DNA of 64,000 nucleotides from Chrysomallon squamiferum. Lineage: Eukaryota; Animalia; Mollusca. Shown piece by piece: positions 42,401 through 58,580 of this stretch (the stretch's first letter is position 1; each line of letters starts with the position of its first letter). The stretch is from contig CM022673.1 of assembly GCA_012295275.1 (NCBI GenBank), forward strand, positions 21,886,001 through 21,950,000. The letters run 5' to 3'. The notes beneath the pieces were generated by a model. That model ran no database searches and was not told the origin of the DNA. It worked only from the letters and a program-made list of their open reading frames with translations. A program made the position numbers and the translations under genes.

Positions 42401-45400
42401 TGACTCTATTCATAGTCAGTTTACACGGAACACCAATGAGAGTGTTTACATACGTTTGAAATGTTTTCTTTATTGCCGTACATATGTAATAACAGATTTA
42501 ATTAGCCTTGTAGAGCTGTATCGTAAAAAAAATATATTCTTGGTTTAATAAAATGAGAAAAGTCGATTTGTTTTATGTATTATCACAAAAATGTGTTTAA
42601 GATCGAGGAGCGTTCGACTAGGTACAAACACTGTGACGTCCATATATGCGATTTAGGAATGAACAAATGTTTGTGTGAAAGGGGCTGATCTATTATGAAA
42701 CTGATGAAGCTTACGCTTCAGGATTCCTAATCCACCAAGGATCCCAGAAACGACTTAAAGCCACAATGATTCATTCAAACATGAGATGTCGTGATTAAAT
42801 GTTAGAAAGAATTACACTGATCTGTCGTGGAACAAGCCGACTGACGGGTCCGAGCAGTTCAACCCCAAACACCCGGTCCACACTGCCAACGCGTGCATAA
42901 TAAGTTTTCTCTACAAATATAAAAAATGTTTAAACACTTTTCCTTTCTTCATAACATTATGACATTTGATTTGTTTTAGTCTGTTTGGCCAAACATGTGC
43001 CAAAAGACTACAATTAACATAATTACTTCGACATAATTATCGTTGTTAATGGCAATCGATTAATTTTAGCAAAGTTGTAGCCGATGTCTAATGTTTGCGT
43101 TAGTAAATATTTGTCTGTGGTAACTACAAATAACAGTAATTTCTACAAAAATTAAATAATTTCTATACAATTTACGTTTACTGACTAAAACGTATTTACA
43201 TATTTACATATATACCATTCTTAATGTGTCACTGTTTCAAACATTTATTACTGTTATCGCGGGTCTGTTTTGTCCTTATTTTCAAACAATATCAAATGTT
43301 CGATAAGATGGATATTTTCAACTGACAAAGGTACAGCTTGTTTGTTTAAGACTTTAAAATGTTCAGCTCATGTCTGAAATAAATGCAAGTTGCCCGGCTT
43401 TACATTTTATTTTACGATAGCTTTCAAATAACCCTAACAATATCGATTACAGATTACAGGCTGACAAACGCTGGAATCTAAGGAACGTTGCTGCATGATA
43501 AATTTTTCAGTCTGTGTAAAGTTTACATGTTTTATAAGTAGACTTACACTGATTCTGATTCTCAAAGTTAAAATGAATATTCATCATATCGTATGCTATA
43601 TCGTATGTGTGTATTAAATACACATACATATTTACACGTATATCTACGTTCATTTCTTTATAAAAAAAACAATTATTCTATTTATTTATTTAGTTATTTA
43701 TTAGCATGGTATTTGAGTTATTGATTATAAAAATGTTAGTACGTGAAGTTTGTGTATTTGTTTTTATATGGAGGTCATTGTTATCTTTATAGATATTTTA
43801 GCCACTGCTAAAGTCATAATAATAATGATGTTGATGTCTATAACTATGAAGAATGTTGTAGTAATTACCATCATTGTCACGGTAATTATAATATTAATGA
43901 TAACGCTATTTACCACGACTTTTATAATAATGATGACGACAACGTTGTTTACCCCGACGATGTCGGTGCTAAATAACAACTGAGTGAACGTCCTCTCAGG
44001 ATTCGATTCAGTGCACCCGAACAGTAAATTTCATTTGTTTATTCTCCTCATTTAGAGACTGCTATTTTAAGTAGCCATCGGTCTCAATCATTGCAGCATT
44101 ACTACACATGTCACAGCTGAGGCTGGTCTTAGTGTATGCTGCGATGTCGTTGAGGAAATATTCCTTTCACTTACCGCAGTAATAAGTCCGCCATGTCAGA
44201 CATACACTGATGTATGATGGGTAAACAAGTCTATCCGCAGTAAATGTGTGTACCGCCTCTGAACATGTAAGTAATGGTTTAATCAGGCGCCACACACGTC
44301 CCGATTCCAATCGCTCGCGAGCTGACTTTCATACCGCCATGTCAACAACAAACTTTTCCATCTTCCTAAGTAATATATGATATTTTCACAAGGTTGCAGG
44401 AATATTGGTTAAAGCTTAATTCAGAAGTTGTATATTTCTTCCAGAACCTAGTGGACTCTTTTTTCCTGTTTATGAAAAGGTATACTGTAAAGATAGCTTC
44501 TACTGTTACATCATATACAAACTGTACATTTAAAATCTAATAATTTTAGTAATTATCATCATCATCGTCGTCGTAATCATAATTATCATTATTAACGCTA
44601 AAGAGTTTTGATATGGCTCTAATTTCGATAGATAATGAGCACACTGAACTGACCCCCCCCCCTATATTTTTATCCTTTTCTTATATCTGGGTCCGCCTCG
44701 GACAGAAAGATGATCTGATAAAAGACAATATATGATTCTGAAAACTGGCTAAGTTAATCATTCACTTACAACGAGAATATGAAGTCAAACGCATACGATG
44801 AATACTTTAATCTTACAGAAAACGTCTACAGAACAAAATGTAAAAAGTGCTAAGAAGAAGAGATTTCACTTTTAATGATTCATTTAGACATAATCTTGTT
44901 ATTAAATTAATTATAGTCTAGACCGCTGAAACACAGGCAGTCAGTTCGAGACGAGAAGTTTTGGAATGATTATTTGGTCATTTAGTGTATCTGATACGAT
45001 TACAGTTTAAACGTATTGCTTCAAGGCTTAATATTTGTATGGTGGGTATTGTACTGTACTTTTGTTCTTTTCATTTGACTCAAAAATGACAGTTTTTGAA
45101 AATGGAATGTAATTATCAATTTTATGATGACATTTATTATTAATTACCAACGTCATTCTATTTACGATATTTCTGATCATTCTATCAGATAGTTCTAATT
45201 TTGAATTATTCTGTTTTCAATGTTTTTTTGTTTCAGATTATTTTATACACGATAGTTCTGTTTGTTGATTAGTTTTGCTCTTCTCGCTTGCGTTTTCAGG
45301 TTGTTTCCTGGTTGTTTTAGAGTAGTAAAATATTTGAAATTACAATTCTGCCAAAATCCCCGCGGTGTCTTTATTTCAGTCTATTGTAAATATTATGATA

Positions 45401-45734
45401 AATGTGTCTGGATGTAAAATGATGTATTCCAACCTGGAAACTGATTACACAACATAAATAGCACATCAACCATTTAAATATATCAGATATAGTAATATAC
45501 ATACGTACAAATATATATATAGACACACACACAAACACACAATAAAACTGAATTCTATGTATTAAACAATTTTAATTAATTTTTCTTTTTATGAATAACT
45601 GAATGATAATAACAATTACACTAACCGATTAAATCGGATTTTTAACTTATCTAAATAACATGTTCACATCAGAAAGAATTCCTAAATTTTGAAAGATTTT
45701 ATTTTTTATTAAATTTAGAATTTGCCTCTTCTTT

Positions 45735-45737
<3 letters not shown>

Positions 45738-45807
<70 letters not shown>
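45738..45807. repeat. (CT)n microsatellite
   Basis: Directly visible. Confidence 0.95.
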
Positions 45808-45816
<9 letters not shown>

Positions 45817-47465
45817 TTATTAGCCTTTTATTGTTGTTGTTTTGTTTTGTTTTTTTGGTTTCACTTTCACTTTTTGTTGTTATTTCGTTTTTGTTTTGTT
45901 TCTTTGTTGTTGTTTTATTGGGTTTTTTGTTAACCAGATATTCTATTTCTTCTGTCAGTGACTGTTATTACAATTTCCTCGGCACTCTTTATCATTAGTT
46001 AACACTATACAAATATTTTTATTGGTTGTAATAATGGTGATTTAAAAGAAAACAAATACGAAAAGAAGTTTAGTTTTAAAAAAGTAAAAGAGAGATAAAG
46101 AAAAGCATGTGTTTAAATAGAGTATCCCAAAGCAAGTCACGTGATGTTTGTTAGATTAAATAGAGAAGGGGATTGTTATCTTTCTTTTTTATATAAATAA
46201 CTTTGCTGTAACGTTCATCATGGCTGATATTTTTATCTCTTTCTTTGAAGCAAGAATTTCGAGTAATTGCTCTGAAAACATTTCTCTAAGTAATATCACT
46301 CAGTCAAAAATAAATTTATACATTGATATAACCAAACTAATTCACTGATTGTTTAATAAACCCCGTCAATTAAAAATATACATTGAAAAACAAACAGTGA
46401 GATTAACAAAAGTTATTTTTTATTAAAGTGATAAGTCTTAGGAAATTAATTATGCAAGCAACGTATCTAAACCATTGTGAAGACAAGGTAGATGTTTGAA
46501 TATAACTGTGACATCACTTTTAAACTAATAGATAAGGGACCATGATGACGTGATGAAATAAACGAACTTAACAATTTTAAGATTAGTGCATTGCTCCGCA
46601 CCAGGTTTTGCCATCTACGGTTTAACCACAACAAGGCCCACTGCCTGATGTCCGTTCCATCATAGCTGGTGTTTATTATTCTAATCATATTTATATTCAT
46701 AAAAGACAAAATATTGTAATTGTGCTTTACTAATGTCATAACTGTACACACATTTTTATAAATTTCATGTTCGTTGATTAGCATTAATAAATAATTGATA
46801 ATTTATATGGATTCCAGGGTTTAGTTATTTCAGTTTTAGACTCTAAATGTTGTATTCTGATGCTACACAATGTTTTAAGCCGATGACACAATAGCAGCAT
46901 TAACAAAGCCAAACCTTTAAGACAAGATGACGAAAGCTTAGCATCAGCAGATATTAGAAGTTCTGCTTTAGAATCACCATCAGTTTCATCATTTATAACT
47001 GAAATGATGTAACGATTTCATCAACAGAGACATCCACTAAAGTGTGCAGTTTTGTTATTAGCAGCATGACGTGGTTCAAACTTGACCCTCCACACTGAGA
47101 ATCACTCACAAACGCCGCCGTTGACAAAGACGTGTTTGTACAGATCTCCAACTCTCAACAATGATCATGCTATTACGAAAGGGACATTTGGTTTATGTGA
47201 AAAGATATTTCGCAGAGCATTATTTGCATAGCCGTACATCCTTAGTGCTAACGCAGCACTTACATATCTGAGTGAAATGTGAAATATGCAAATAACTGCG
47301 CAGGCTTTGTTAGGATTATTAACTTGTTTAAATGTTTGACCAGGAGTGCTTTGGGGAGATTTCTTTATTCCCTGTTTAAAGAAAATTATTTGCTTCTTCT
47401 TAATGATTAGATTTTTGGAATGGATCTTTTGTTAAATGGTATTCTCATTTATTATTGATTTATTG

Positions 47466-47500
<35 letters not shown>

Positions 47501-48605
47501 TACTGCTGTTGCTGCTGCTAATGCTGCTGTTGCTACCACTTCATTACTACTATTATTATTATTATTATTATGATTATGATTATGATGACTGCTATACTAC
47601 TAGTATTGCTATTACCATTAGCACTGCTTCTACTCCTACTCTACTACAATCACTATTACAACTACTACCACTACTACTGCTACTACTACTACTACTATTT
47701 GAAACAAAGATCATTACTATACAACAACAAAATTATTAAGTTTAATATCTTAAAATTAAAGAAAACCAACATTTATAGATAAATTTGAATGTTTTAATAG
47801 CATCGTGATTTACAACACTACATAGTACATGTATTTTCACTAGTAATGTGTTTACATCTAATCACCTTGGAAACATTTTCATTAATTCATACAGAAATGA
47901 ATTTACAATGAGTTTAAATAATTTATGAGAATTATTATTACGTTATATTCTCGTCAATCTTTCAATTCACTCCACTAAGCCAGTTGTTTATAGAAATCGA
48001 GTTCAGAAGGTGAATACAAAATGTGTTAACGTTTTAATTGATGGTCGTTATTTCGTATCTGGCCTCTTTGCGAAAATAGCTGTTAATCGACGCGTAACTT
48101 CGCTTACGTATTGATGGAAAACGGGATTTAGGTTACAAAACATACACTGATGTCACAACAACCGCGACACCCAGCTGCGTGCGAAGAATTATTCTATTCC
48201 TTATACCGTTATGTTCAGTAGAAACAAGTCCTGCATACCGTTACAATTACAAGCATCCCCAAAATATGTACATCCGAAAATACTTTGCGATTCTCTGGGT
48301 TATTAAGATCGTTATATCTTTGTGTCAAAATGAAGACAGTATCCAGACATAAGTACGTTCTTTGTAACGTTTTGTACTCAAGCTGCGGCTTATATCTATA
48401 ATTAACAAATAAATGCTTCGCGTAATAACAACATTAAACACGTTATTTGGATTTAGTTGAAAATTTAAAAAATGTTCAAAACGGGAATAAATTAATAATA
48501 ATAAAAAAAATATATGTATATATAAAAGCTCTTCTTTTCCTCGACATTAGCTTATTATTTTAACTTTTTATTAGCTTATTTGTTTTATATTTGGCGTCTA
48601 TATGT

Positions 48606-48644
<39 letters not shown>

Positions 48645-49266
48645 CTGTTCTCCTTTGGGAGATTGTTTCATTATATTCTGTTTGCTTTTGTTCTTTCTGT
48701 CTTTTTCCAAATCATCGTCTAATTTAGTCATTTTGCTTGTTTTTACTTAGCTGTATAAAATGGCCTCTGGCGTCGCTTATCCTTTTATTTACGAATTGAT
48801 TGCTTCTCCTAAATCATAGTGAAAATAGTTAGAATTACTGCAGGAAATTACTGAGTAAGGGAATTGTTTTGTTTCAACTTCATTAGTAATTTCATTTAGT
48901 AAAATAATAAATCCATATTATATATAAAATTTATAATCTACGTATAGGATATAAAATATTTTTATAGCATTTAATAAGAGTCTTAGGTTATTTGACAGTA
49001 TATTTTATACCACAACTGTAATATTTTTCTCATGCTTATTAATCAAAATTTAAAAAAAAAAAAATAATAATAATAATAATAATTGTATCTCTGTTAGGCA
49101 GAAATGAAGAGTGGAACAGAGAGAAAAGGCAAGGGAGGAAGGGAAAAAGACAGATGTAAAGAGAGGGGAGGAAGGATGAACAGCGAGAAAGAGAGAAATA
49201 TCTCCAGTATCCAGTACTGTTATTTTATTTTATTATTGTTGTTGTTGATGTTATTATTATAATTAC

Positions 49267-49341
<75 letters not shown>

Positions 49342-50117
49342 AAATGGAGTCCATATTTATCACTGATATGGAAAATATCATCACAATAAGAGATTTCGAA
49401 AATAAAAAATTAATAACCAATTATTATTGTTGTTGTTGTTTCTGGACATTGCTCTGCAGCTATTACTACTGCTGTTGCTATTGTTGTTTATGTTGTTGTT
49501 ATTACTATAATAAACTTTTTACATATTTCAAACTACAAATAATTAACTCAGTTTAAATTGTTTGATCAGATAACTACGCATCCTCTCATAATACTGCCAT
49601 CAGTGTATGTATATTAATTCATAATCCATAAATCCTGTTCTCATATGAAATATATCTCAGTGTCGCCTTCGGTTAATATTCGGTGACGAGAAGGGCAATC
49701 TAGAATTAACAGGTTTACACGCCGTGGGCAAAGATTTTATTAAGATGATCGAAAAGGTTGGAAAATGCCCTGAGTAATTGCCAGGCCTTCTAGCACATAC
49801 TTCGTCAGACAAATCTTTCTTCGTTATCTTGATTAAACTTGTGTACCAGTGTGCCTGGAACAGTCTCTTTTAATTACACACAAACACCTGTTCCTTGACA
49901 GATTTCTTTATGGTTGACAATGTTAATCAACGCTGGGTCGTGTGTCACCAGCTGAACTTTTATTTCTTTTAATGATTATTTGTACAAAACAGCACTGAAA
50001 TAACCCTCAGATTTATTTATTTTTATGTCTTTGTTTGTTTATATTAGTTTTGTTATTAGCACATAAATGTGTAATTTTGTTTCCCGCTAAGACACGTACT
50101 CATGCAGGCTCTACACC

Positions 50118-50392
<275 letters not shown>

Positions 50393-50861
50393 CCTGAACT
50401 TTGAAATTGAAAAAAAAAATTATCTATTAAATGGAACTTGTTCTGAACTGGTTGTTTCATTAACTTTTTGAGATTATGTTGTTTGTTAACTGATTTCTAC
50501 TTTGTGTGCTTTTAATTAGCATATTATCACTAAAAGTGAAAGTACAGCATCCTGCCTTTTAAAACAGTATGAACTGCCGAGTCCAATCATTGCAAGAAGA
50601 TGATGTTTAAAGGGAAAAGAAACGTATCTTGTAAATGATGATGGCTCCATTTAAAGGATGACATTATTAAAGATTTCATCATGATTTCTGTTTTAAAAGA
50701 AGATAACCTTTCACTTTAAAACTGACATATTATGAAAATGATAACATATTCTTTAAAATAACCTGTCATGAACTTTCCTTTTAAAGGAAAATATAATTTA
50801 AAAAAGATTTAGAGCGCTTGAACGAACTATCGATCTATCATTCAAAAAAAATAAAAGTATT

Positions 50862-50913
<52 letters not shown>

Positions 50914-51957
50914 TAATAAATAAATAAATAATATAATATAATATAATAAAGTAATATTAATAAAGTAATATTAATAAAGCAATATTAATAAAGTGTTAAA
51001 GGTTCCGTATTTACATAGAAAAAAATTGTTTTTTTGAGTTATTTGAATTAATACTGATGTTACAATTACCATTGAAGATAATTTTCCTTTAAAGCTGACG
51101 TTTAAATTTGTACACGTAAAGCTTAAAGTTTAAATTCGTTTCTCCTTTCAATAAAGCTGACTGTTGAAATGTGGTTTTAAATAATTACGAAAAGTATTTA
51201 CGTTAGTTACGCTTATTTTTGCGCCGAAAATTCCAGAATATTTGTTATTTTATCTATTCTATGATTTTAATATCTTATTCATCTTACGTAACACCAACGC
51301 CTTACTTATTTGAATATTAATTTAGTGGACATCGATAACAGAATTCGATCATAAACCTAATTCTATAAATCAAATATCTGGTTCTGACTGCTCCTTACTG
51401 ACTTGAACAACAACATCAAATCACGTCAATCTAAGCAATGGTTTTCTGCCCGAGTTTCGAACACTGTTCGGAAACACCATTAAACCCTGCGATTAGACGT
51501 ACAGCTTGCGATCAGTGTTTACATCAGCTGAGTGCAGATCATGTTAGCGATGTAAGGTAAATAAATAAGCGATTACTGATGTTTATACCACTGGCGTTCC
51601 TTAGGGAGAGAGTAATATTTAGTACTGATACAAAGTAAAACCGTAAAGACGCAGTTGATTTCTTCTCTGTATCGTCTTTCTTACTTCGAGGACGCGGGGG
51701 GATTTGATGCTTAAGTCATTGGGCTCGAAACTTAATTAGATTTAATCCACAAAAATATATTAAGCTAGCCGGTGAACCTCGCTCTTTCTTTGGCTATGTC
51801 AATAATGGAGATGGGATTGTTGGCTTAAGTCGGACTGAAAGATTGAAATTGATAGCAGATTTACTATTGATAGCCAAAATGCTTGACCTTGCAGTGTTAT
51901 TTCTGCATACAGAGAAACCAGCGTCTTTAATATCGTGACCCGATACGTTATTCGTAA

Positions 51958-51963
<6 letters not shown>

Positions 51964-52037
<74 letters not shown>
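51964..52037. repeat. (GA)n microsatellite
   Basis: Directly visible. Confidence 0.95.
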
Positions 52038-53385
52038 ATAAAATAGTTTTTATATTAAAAATAAATATTGTTTGACCTTTTTTTTTTAAATGAAAAGAAC
52101 GTAAATAATAGTAATTTGTGAACTGTTCAGAAATTATATATATGTCCTTTGTTTAGAAAAAAAGAAAGAAAATAAGAAAGGTTTCCTTTCTTCATAACGG
52201 CAATTAAACACATTTGATCTCTAAAGTAAAATAAGACAGCAGCAGTCTGTCTCTCATTCAAAGTTTAACTGTTTACGTTCATAATATTATCCGTTGACAT
52301 CATACTTTCGGTGGCTGGCATTTCACAGCATTGGTACATTATAACGTTCCTGTTTAGTTCACTATATAAAAATATGATTATTACGATATAGAGAGATTTC
52401 ATTTGCTTTTCAATGAAAATGCTCGCCGAGCACCTAATGACGTGAAAGTTTTTGTGTGTTAACTTGTGGGAAATGTTTATTACTGATTTGCCAATCACAG
52501 TGGCGGAAAATCGAGATGTTAAGAAATTATCTTCCTCTGTAAACATATATACCCATGAACGCGCACATAATGTGGCAATATACTATCGTACACAGATGTG
52601 TATATAAAATTAATGAATATTTATTTTATGACTGACTACTCAACACATTTTAACACTAGTGATTATTAGGTGTATGTATAATATTTATATCTGTATGTGT
52701 ATGTGTGTGTCTATGTATGTATGTATGTTTGCATGTATGCATGTATGTATGTATGTATGCACGTATGCATGTATATATGTATATATGTATTTATGTGTGT
52801 ATGTATGTATATACGTATGTGCGTGCGTATGTAGGTGTGCGACTGTGTGTGTTGAGACATATGTATAAAAGTATACAGCTGTTCAGTTTTAACGTATATG
52901 TACAATTGAGAAAAAAATTAATAAGTTCAATTAAAGGTCAACAGTATGAAGTTTTTCCAGTTAAGACATTTTGTGGAATTATCCTGTCATCTTGAAGCTC
53001 ATTTTGTTCTTCGTTTCTGATAATTGGTGCTCGTCTTGGTCTTGTGGAGATTTACTGTCTCTTCTGTACTAAACCAGCTCGTCTTGCTGCTGACACGCCC
53101 TCCGGCCTCGCTCGCCAAGTAGACATCGATCTCTACGTACCAGGAACTTGCTCGAGAAGGGATTAGGAACTTGGTACATTTTAATTTTCTTTATTTTCAT
53201 TATGTGTTTCTCCTGCGCCTTCTTCGTGTTTACTCTTTGTAGTGGTATTGGTGGTGGTTGTCACTGTGGTCGTTGTGGTTATGGTGATGTCTGTAACGAT
53301 TGTCATCTTATTCCATTACTATCGTTGTTGGTAAAATAATAAAGATTGTCGTTTTTCTGCTATATTTTTAATTTATTATTATTAC

Positions 53386-53425
<40 letters not shown>

Positions 53426-56400
53426 GTATTGTGTTGTTATTGTTTCTACTGTTCTTTTTGGAACGGTAGTTTTCAGTTTAAATATAATTGTTTGTCTGTA
53501 TTGTTGATCTGTTATATTAATTATCATTATGATCAACTAGTGTTTTTTTCTGCGTAATAATTTTTAGTAGTATATTAAATACAAGTCAATGGTCAATAAC
53601 TATAGTTTCAATTTGCATTGATGAAAATAATTTTTAATAGTATTTTGATAGTGATGAATCTGTGACGATTGTAATGTTTATTTAATCATTTATTTATCTA
53701 TCTATTTATCTATCGTATTCTTTTTCTTTTCATTTTTTTCTACTCATTCTTTTTTTTTTAAAGGTCCTGTTTTGAATAGGTGTTGTTCTTTATTTTTTTC
53801 TTCCTTTATTTTTATTCTTTGTTTTCTTTTGTTGTTGTTGTTGTTGTTGTTGTTTTTGTTTTTATAGTTTTTTTTGTTTTTATTTTTTTTATTCCTGTTA
53901 TTTTATCGCTATTATTGATTCTATATTTTTAGTAGAAATTTTTCCTTTCCTTAGATTTTTTCTCTCTTTTCCTTTTCTTTTCTTCATCTTTTTTTCTCTT
54001 TTCTTTTTTCCTTTTTCTTTTTTCTTTCTTCTTCTTCTATTTCTTCTGTTTTTTTAAATTATTATTATTAAGTTTTTTTCCACTCTGTTACTTTGTCTTT
54101 TTTGCTTTCGCCGGAACATAATCTGTACAAAAGCAGATTGAGAAAACCCATTAAGGATACCGAGCCAGTGGACCTGTGTTCCAGCGTCACAAATGTGTCA
54201 GCTAATTTGAAATAATTTGTCTTATTTATTCTGCTGATAGCTCAACTCAGACCACAAAAGGTTAAAGTAATCTCCAAATATAGCAAAAAGCTTTTTTTAA
54301 TGACATATATTTTCTCATTTTGTAAAATTGTGATCATGATAAACAACGGATCAGACTGTGCTGGAATCAGGCTAATCTTCGATAACTCGACTGAACCAAA
54401 CTCGTAAATCTGCAACGTGTTCGAGAGAAATAACGTTATTGACTATTATTAATAACTGTCTGTGCGTCAGCTTGTATGTCTCTGTGTATATGTGTAGTGT
54501 GTGCTTGTGTTGTGATTGTGTGTGCTTGTCTGTGTACGTGTGCTGTATGTACGTGTGTGAATCTGTGTGTCGTGTGTTTGTATATTACTCATACCGTTAC
54601 GAATTCAGCTATACTTATATCGTTGTTATATTTTTCAACGAATCATTATTTTTAACGGCTAGGAATAGCTGGAGAAAAAGTTTTCACCGATGAAAAGGCC
54701 AAGCCAACGATCAGAATACTGAAAATAGTGAATCAAATATTGACTGTTTTTTTTTTTTTATTTTTTTTTTTTTCATATTGGTGATATTAGCAACACCAGA
54801 AATGAACACCAGTCGCTAGGTACGTATGTGACGTCAGGTCGACAAAGCAAGTTACTGGTCAAACGGTCCATTTAATCGCGCGGATCATTACTGCAAAGGT
54901 TATTAGAAGTACGATGACATTCACTACAGTCGATTTATCTGCCAGACGCTCGACTGGGACAGTGCTTGTTTTGTTGGGTTTTTTTTTTTGTATCTAACGT
55001 AACTTTCAGCATCTTACTCAAGCTACTTTATTTCTGGCTGATTTATAACTTTGACTGAAAATAACTCTTTATACTAGGTTAAATAATATTCCAGTAGCAA
55101 CAAATGTGTGCTGTAGTAATTAATTTAAACAAAATTAAATTTATGTTTTCCAGACTGATTCTCACACACTTCTCGTCAGCATCGGTACATTACAAAGTTT
55201 CCAGCCCTGGCGTCTGATTACTTTGAGAAGAAATGTCTGAGCCAGACACCACAGAGGTCAGGAGTTAAACACGACTGTAAATAGAATCGAGCTGGTTTGA
55301 TGCATGTCCATCGTTTCTGCTAAGAAAGTTTCACAAGAATGGACTTCGCCTTAACATTTTTCAAAAAAAGGACAAAGAGAAAGAAAAATTGAAAACGAAG
55401 AAATTACACCGTAAAATAGTAAACTTTAAAAACCGCCTTATACAACATGACCTGTATTGATATATAAATTAATTGAATTCAGTAAGAAAGTGGTAAACCT
55501 TCAATTCATTAATTTTATTATTATATTACGACTTTATCTTCGAGCAAATGTGTATGGAGAAAATAGGAGTCATTTTATACACAGCTTTATACCTGTTTAA
55601 GCCTTTAGGATTTTGTTAAAATTATTTCAAGCAGAATAATGCGACAAGAAAAGAAAAGTGGTCGTAATAACTAAATACAATTGCTTCGTTAAGGACTGTT
55701 TCTTAGGTGAATGGTTTTATAGGAACCGTGGCTCGCTTTTGTAAGTCTGCCATTGTGATGAATGACGTCTGAAGGCAACAAATGGACATGACACTGCCTG
55801 CTTCAATTAAACACCCACTGCTGTTGCCGAGTAGTGGAAATCACACACTTTACAACATTCGTTATTATCTTCAATGTCTTTTTCACATATTAATTCCCTA
55901 TTAAAGAAAACCCATTTATTTTCTCTCCTCTTCTTCTATTTCCCAACATCCGATTTTCCCTTACATTTGTAATTTTTCCATACTTCAGTGCATGAGTTTT
56001 ATATTATTATTTTTAGTACAATCAATTATACTCGCTGACATGCGAGAATCTACAACATAATCATGTACACCATAAGAATGCAAATGGAATATCCATGCTT
56101 GTCTGATAAAAAGAGTGAAAGTAATATGTCATGCACTTAAACTGTGAGTGTAAGACTAAGATTCTTTACTGATCCCCAACAATACCTTTATCTGAAATAA
56201 TAACCGCACGCTACTATAATTCGAGTAGTTACCATTCACCAGCGTTAATGTCAGTTCTGTATTGATCTTCTCTTTCGCACTTGATCTTTGGTGTTTTGTT
56301 CTCTTCCTCGTAGCTAATTCTGCATTGTAATTTTAGTAATGAAACAATCGAGGTTAAATATTTGTTTACAGAGAGAGAGACGTCAATAACTTTCCACATT

Positions 56401-58450
56401 ATATATATATATATATATCGATATACGAATAAATTCTCTGATGTAACTCTTTTATAAAGTATATGTTTACAAGATACATGACATTTTTTTTTTTTTTTAC
56501 TAAGACAAGCACGTTCTTTCTAAATAATATTCTACTTCTTTCTTTTTTTTTTTATTTTTTTTTCTTTTTTATTATTATCTTTTTTTTTCTGAAACTAAGG
56601 AAATGATTTAGATTTTTTCGGAACTCTTTCGATTTGACTGCATTGCGAAGGATGTCAAACATAAAATCACAGAGTTTCCGTGCGTCAGTGAATTCTGCTT
56701 TAGTGGCCTATTGTAAATATGATTTTAAAAATTGTAAATGATTAATGTTATTTGTTGTTGTTACCACAATTCTACTACTGATACTGTTATTATTATTATT
56801 AATACTTCTAGTACTACTACTACTACTATTGTTAATTCTACTATTATTACTACTACTATAACACTAATAACATTACTACTTCTATGACCACTACTACAAT
56901 TACTATTAATTCTACTACTACTACTATTACTATTATTTCTACTACCGCTACTACTGTAACTACTACTACGTACTGCTACTACTATTAGTGCTATCACTAA
57001 CTACAAATGGTATTATTATTAATTGCATTTTATGTTGTTGTTTTAGAGGTTTTAGGGGATTGTTTGTTTTGTTGTTTTGCTTGTTTGTTTATAAGAATTT
57101 TATATTTATATTTAGACCTTATTTCAAGATATATTTGTATAGGATTATTTTATTGGTTTTTATTTTATTTTATTTCTCGAGGATAGTGAGGGTTTGTTGT
57201 TGTTGTGTGTTTTTTTATAGTTGTCGGGATTTTTGTGTTTGTTTTTTTTAATTTTTTTTTTTTAATTTTTTTTATTTGCTGTTTAGTTTGTTTTATGTGT
57301 GTTTATTTGTATTGTTTTTTTTGTTGTTTTTTTGTATCTTTGGGTTTTTCTTTATCATGTTTTTTTTTTTTTTTTTTTTTTTGAGGGTGTTGTTTATATA
57401 TATAACTGATTTATTTATTATTCTTTAAACAAGAACTTAACAAATAAACCAGACACGGATAATTTACCAACAGTCAAAGCAGGAAATGATCAGCGGTTTT
57501 GCAGTAACTTCTCTTATACAAGTCTGACTGGTAAAAGTGTTCCATAAATAACTGTAATGTAATCAGCAGGCAGGTCTCATTAACACATAGGAAAAAGCTA
57601 ATAACATTTTAGCCTTTAGCCTTTCAGTTTCGTGAGATCAAGAATGTTTCTGAGGTTAAGTCCAAGTCACAGGATTGTTGGCGTACACGTTTTCAGTGTT
57701 GAATCGAGAATTAAGGAAATTTCATTCATTTGTCAAAGTCACTTTGTGAATAATGTATATACTTCTTTTGTTTTCCTTTCAAAGCTTTCCTTTCTCTCAT
57801 TTTGTTCATTATTATTATTATTATTAGTATTATTATTGTTGTTGTTGTTGTTGTTGTTCTTGTTCTTGTTGTTTATTCATGTTATTTTTAAATTATATAA
57901 TGCATTATTATTTTTATTTTTATTATATATACATATTCCTCTTCTTTTTTCTTACTTTATTTATTTTTTTTTTTTTTAGGGGGAGTTGTGGTTTTTGCTG
58001 GAGTTGTTCGGGCGGTTCCTTGTGTCCTTTCTTTCTTTGTGTGTGTGTGGATTTGGATTTTTTTTTTTTTTTTTTTCTGTAGGTCTTATTTATCATTCTA
58101 TTACCTTTTAATTCAATATCTACTGAGTTTATATTTGCTAAGAATTAACTATAATTAGTGTATCAATTTTTTGCAACACATATTTTTATCTTAAGATAAC
58201 AATAAAAACAACAATAATAACAGTTTTTCTTTCTTTAAAAAAGCAAAAACTAGAAAAAAAACATACTGTTTATACGACTTTCGGAAAATTTTGAAGACCA
58301 AATTTTGAAGATAAATGTAGTCGGAATATCAATTTGAAAAATTAATTTTCGACAGAGAACTAATATTTATTTTCTGAAGTTAGCATCGATGTCAGTCCAC
58401 ATTTTGATTAACTATTTGAAAACAAAATAACATAAAATTAGTTTTACTGT

Positions 58451-58580
58451 ACTCACCAAGAGTTTATACACGGCGAGTTAAGATTTCAGAGTTGAAGCTT
58501 GCACAGAGTGCGTCACAATTGGTTTCTATTGGTTTCTTCCGATGACGTCATAATTACAACATTTAAAAAGCGGAAGCAAA
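58451..58580 (-). promoter_or_regulatory. Promoter-like cluster (ETS, CRE, 2x CCAAT, TATA) with an adjacent consensus splice donor; candidate distal GPCR promoter or first exon
   Basis: CGGAAG near 58571, TGACGTCA 58543-58550, CCAAT (minus) at 58528-58532 and 58518-58522, TGACGCA 58509-58515, TATAAA 58463-58468, TTG|GTGAGT donor at 58456. Confidence 0.45.

Noticed and set aside
52960-53175. GC-richer block with possible splice signals
   Set aside because: The frames examined are short or stop-interrupted with no recognisable motif. It cannot be supported as a coding exon.
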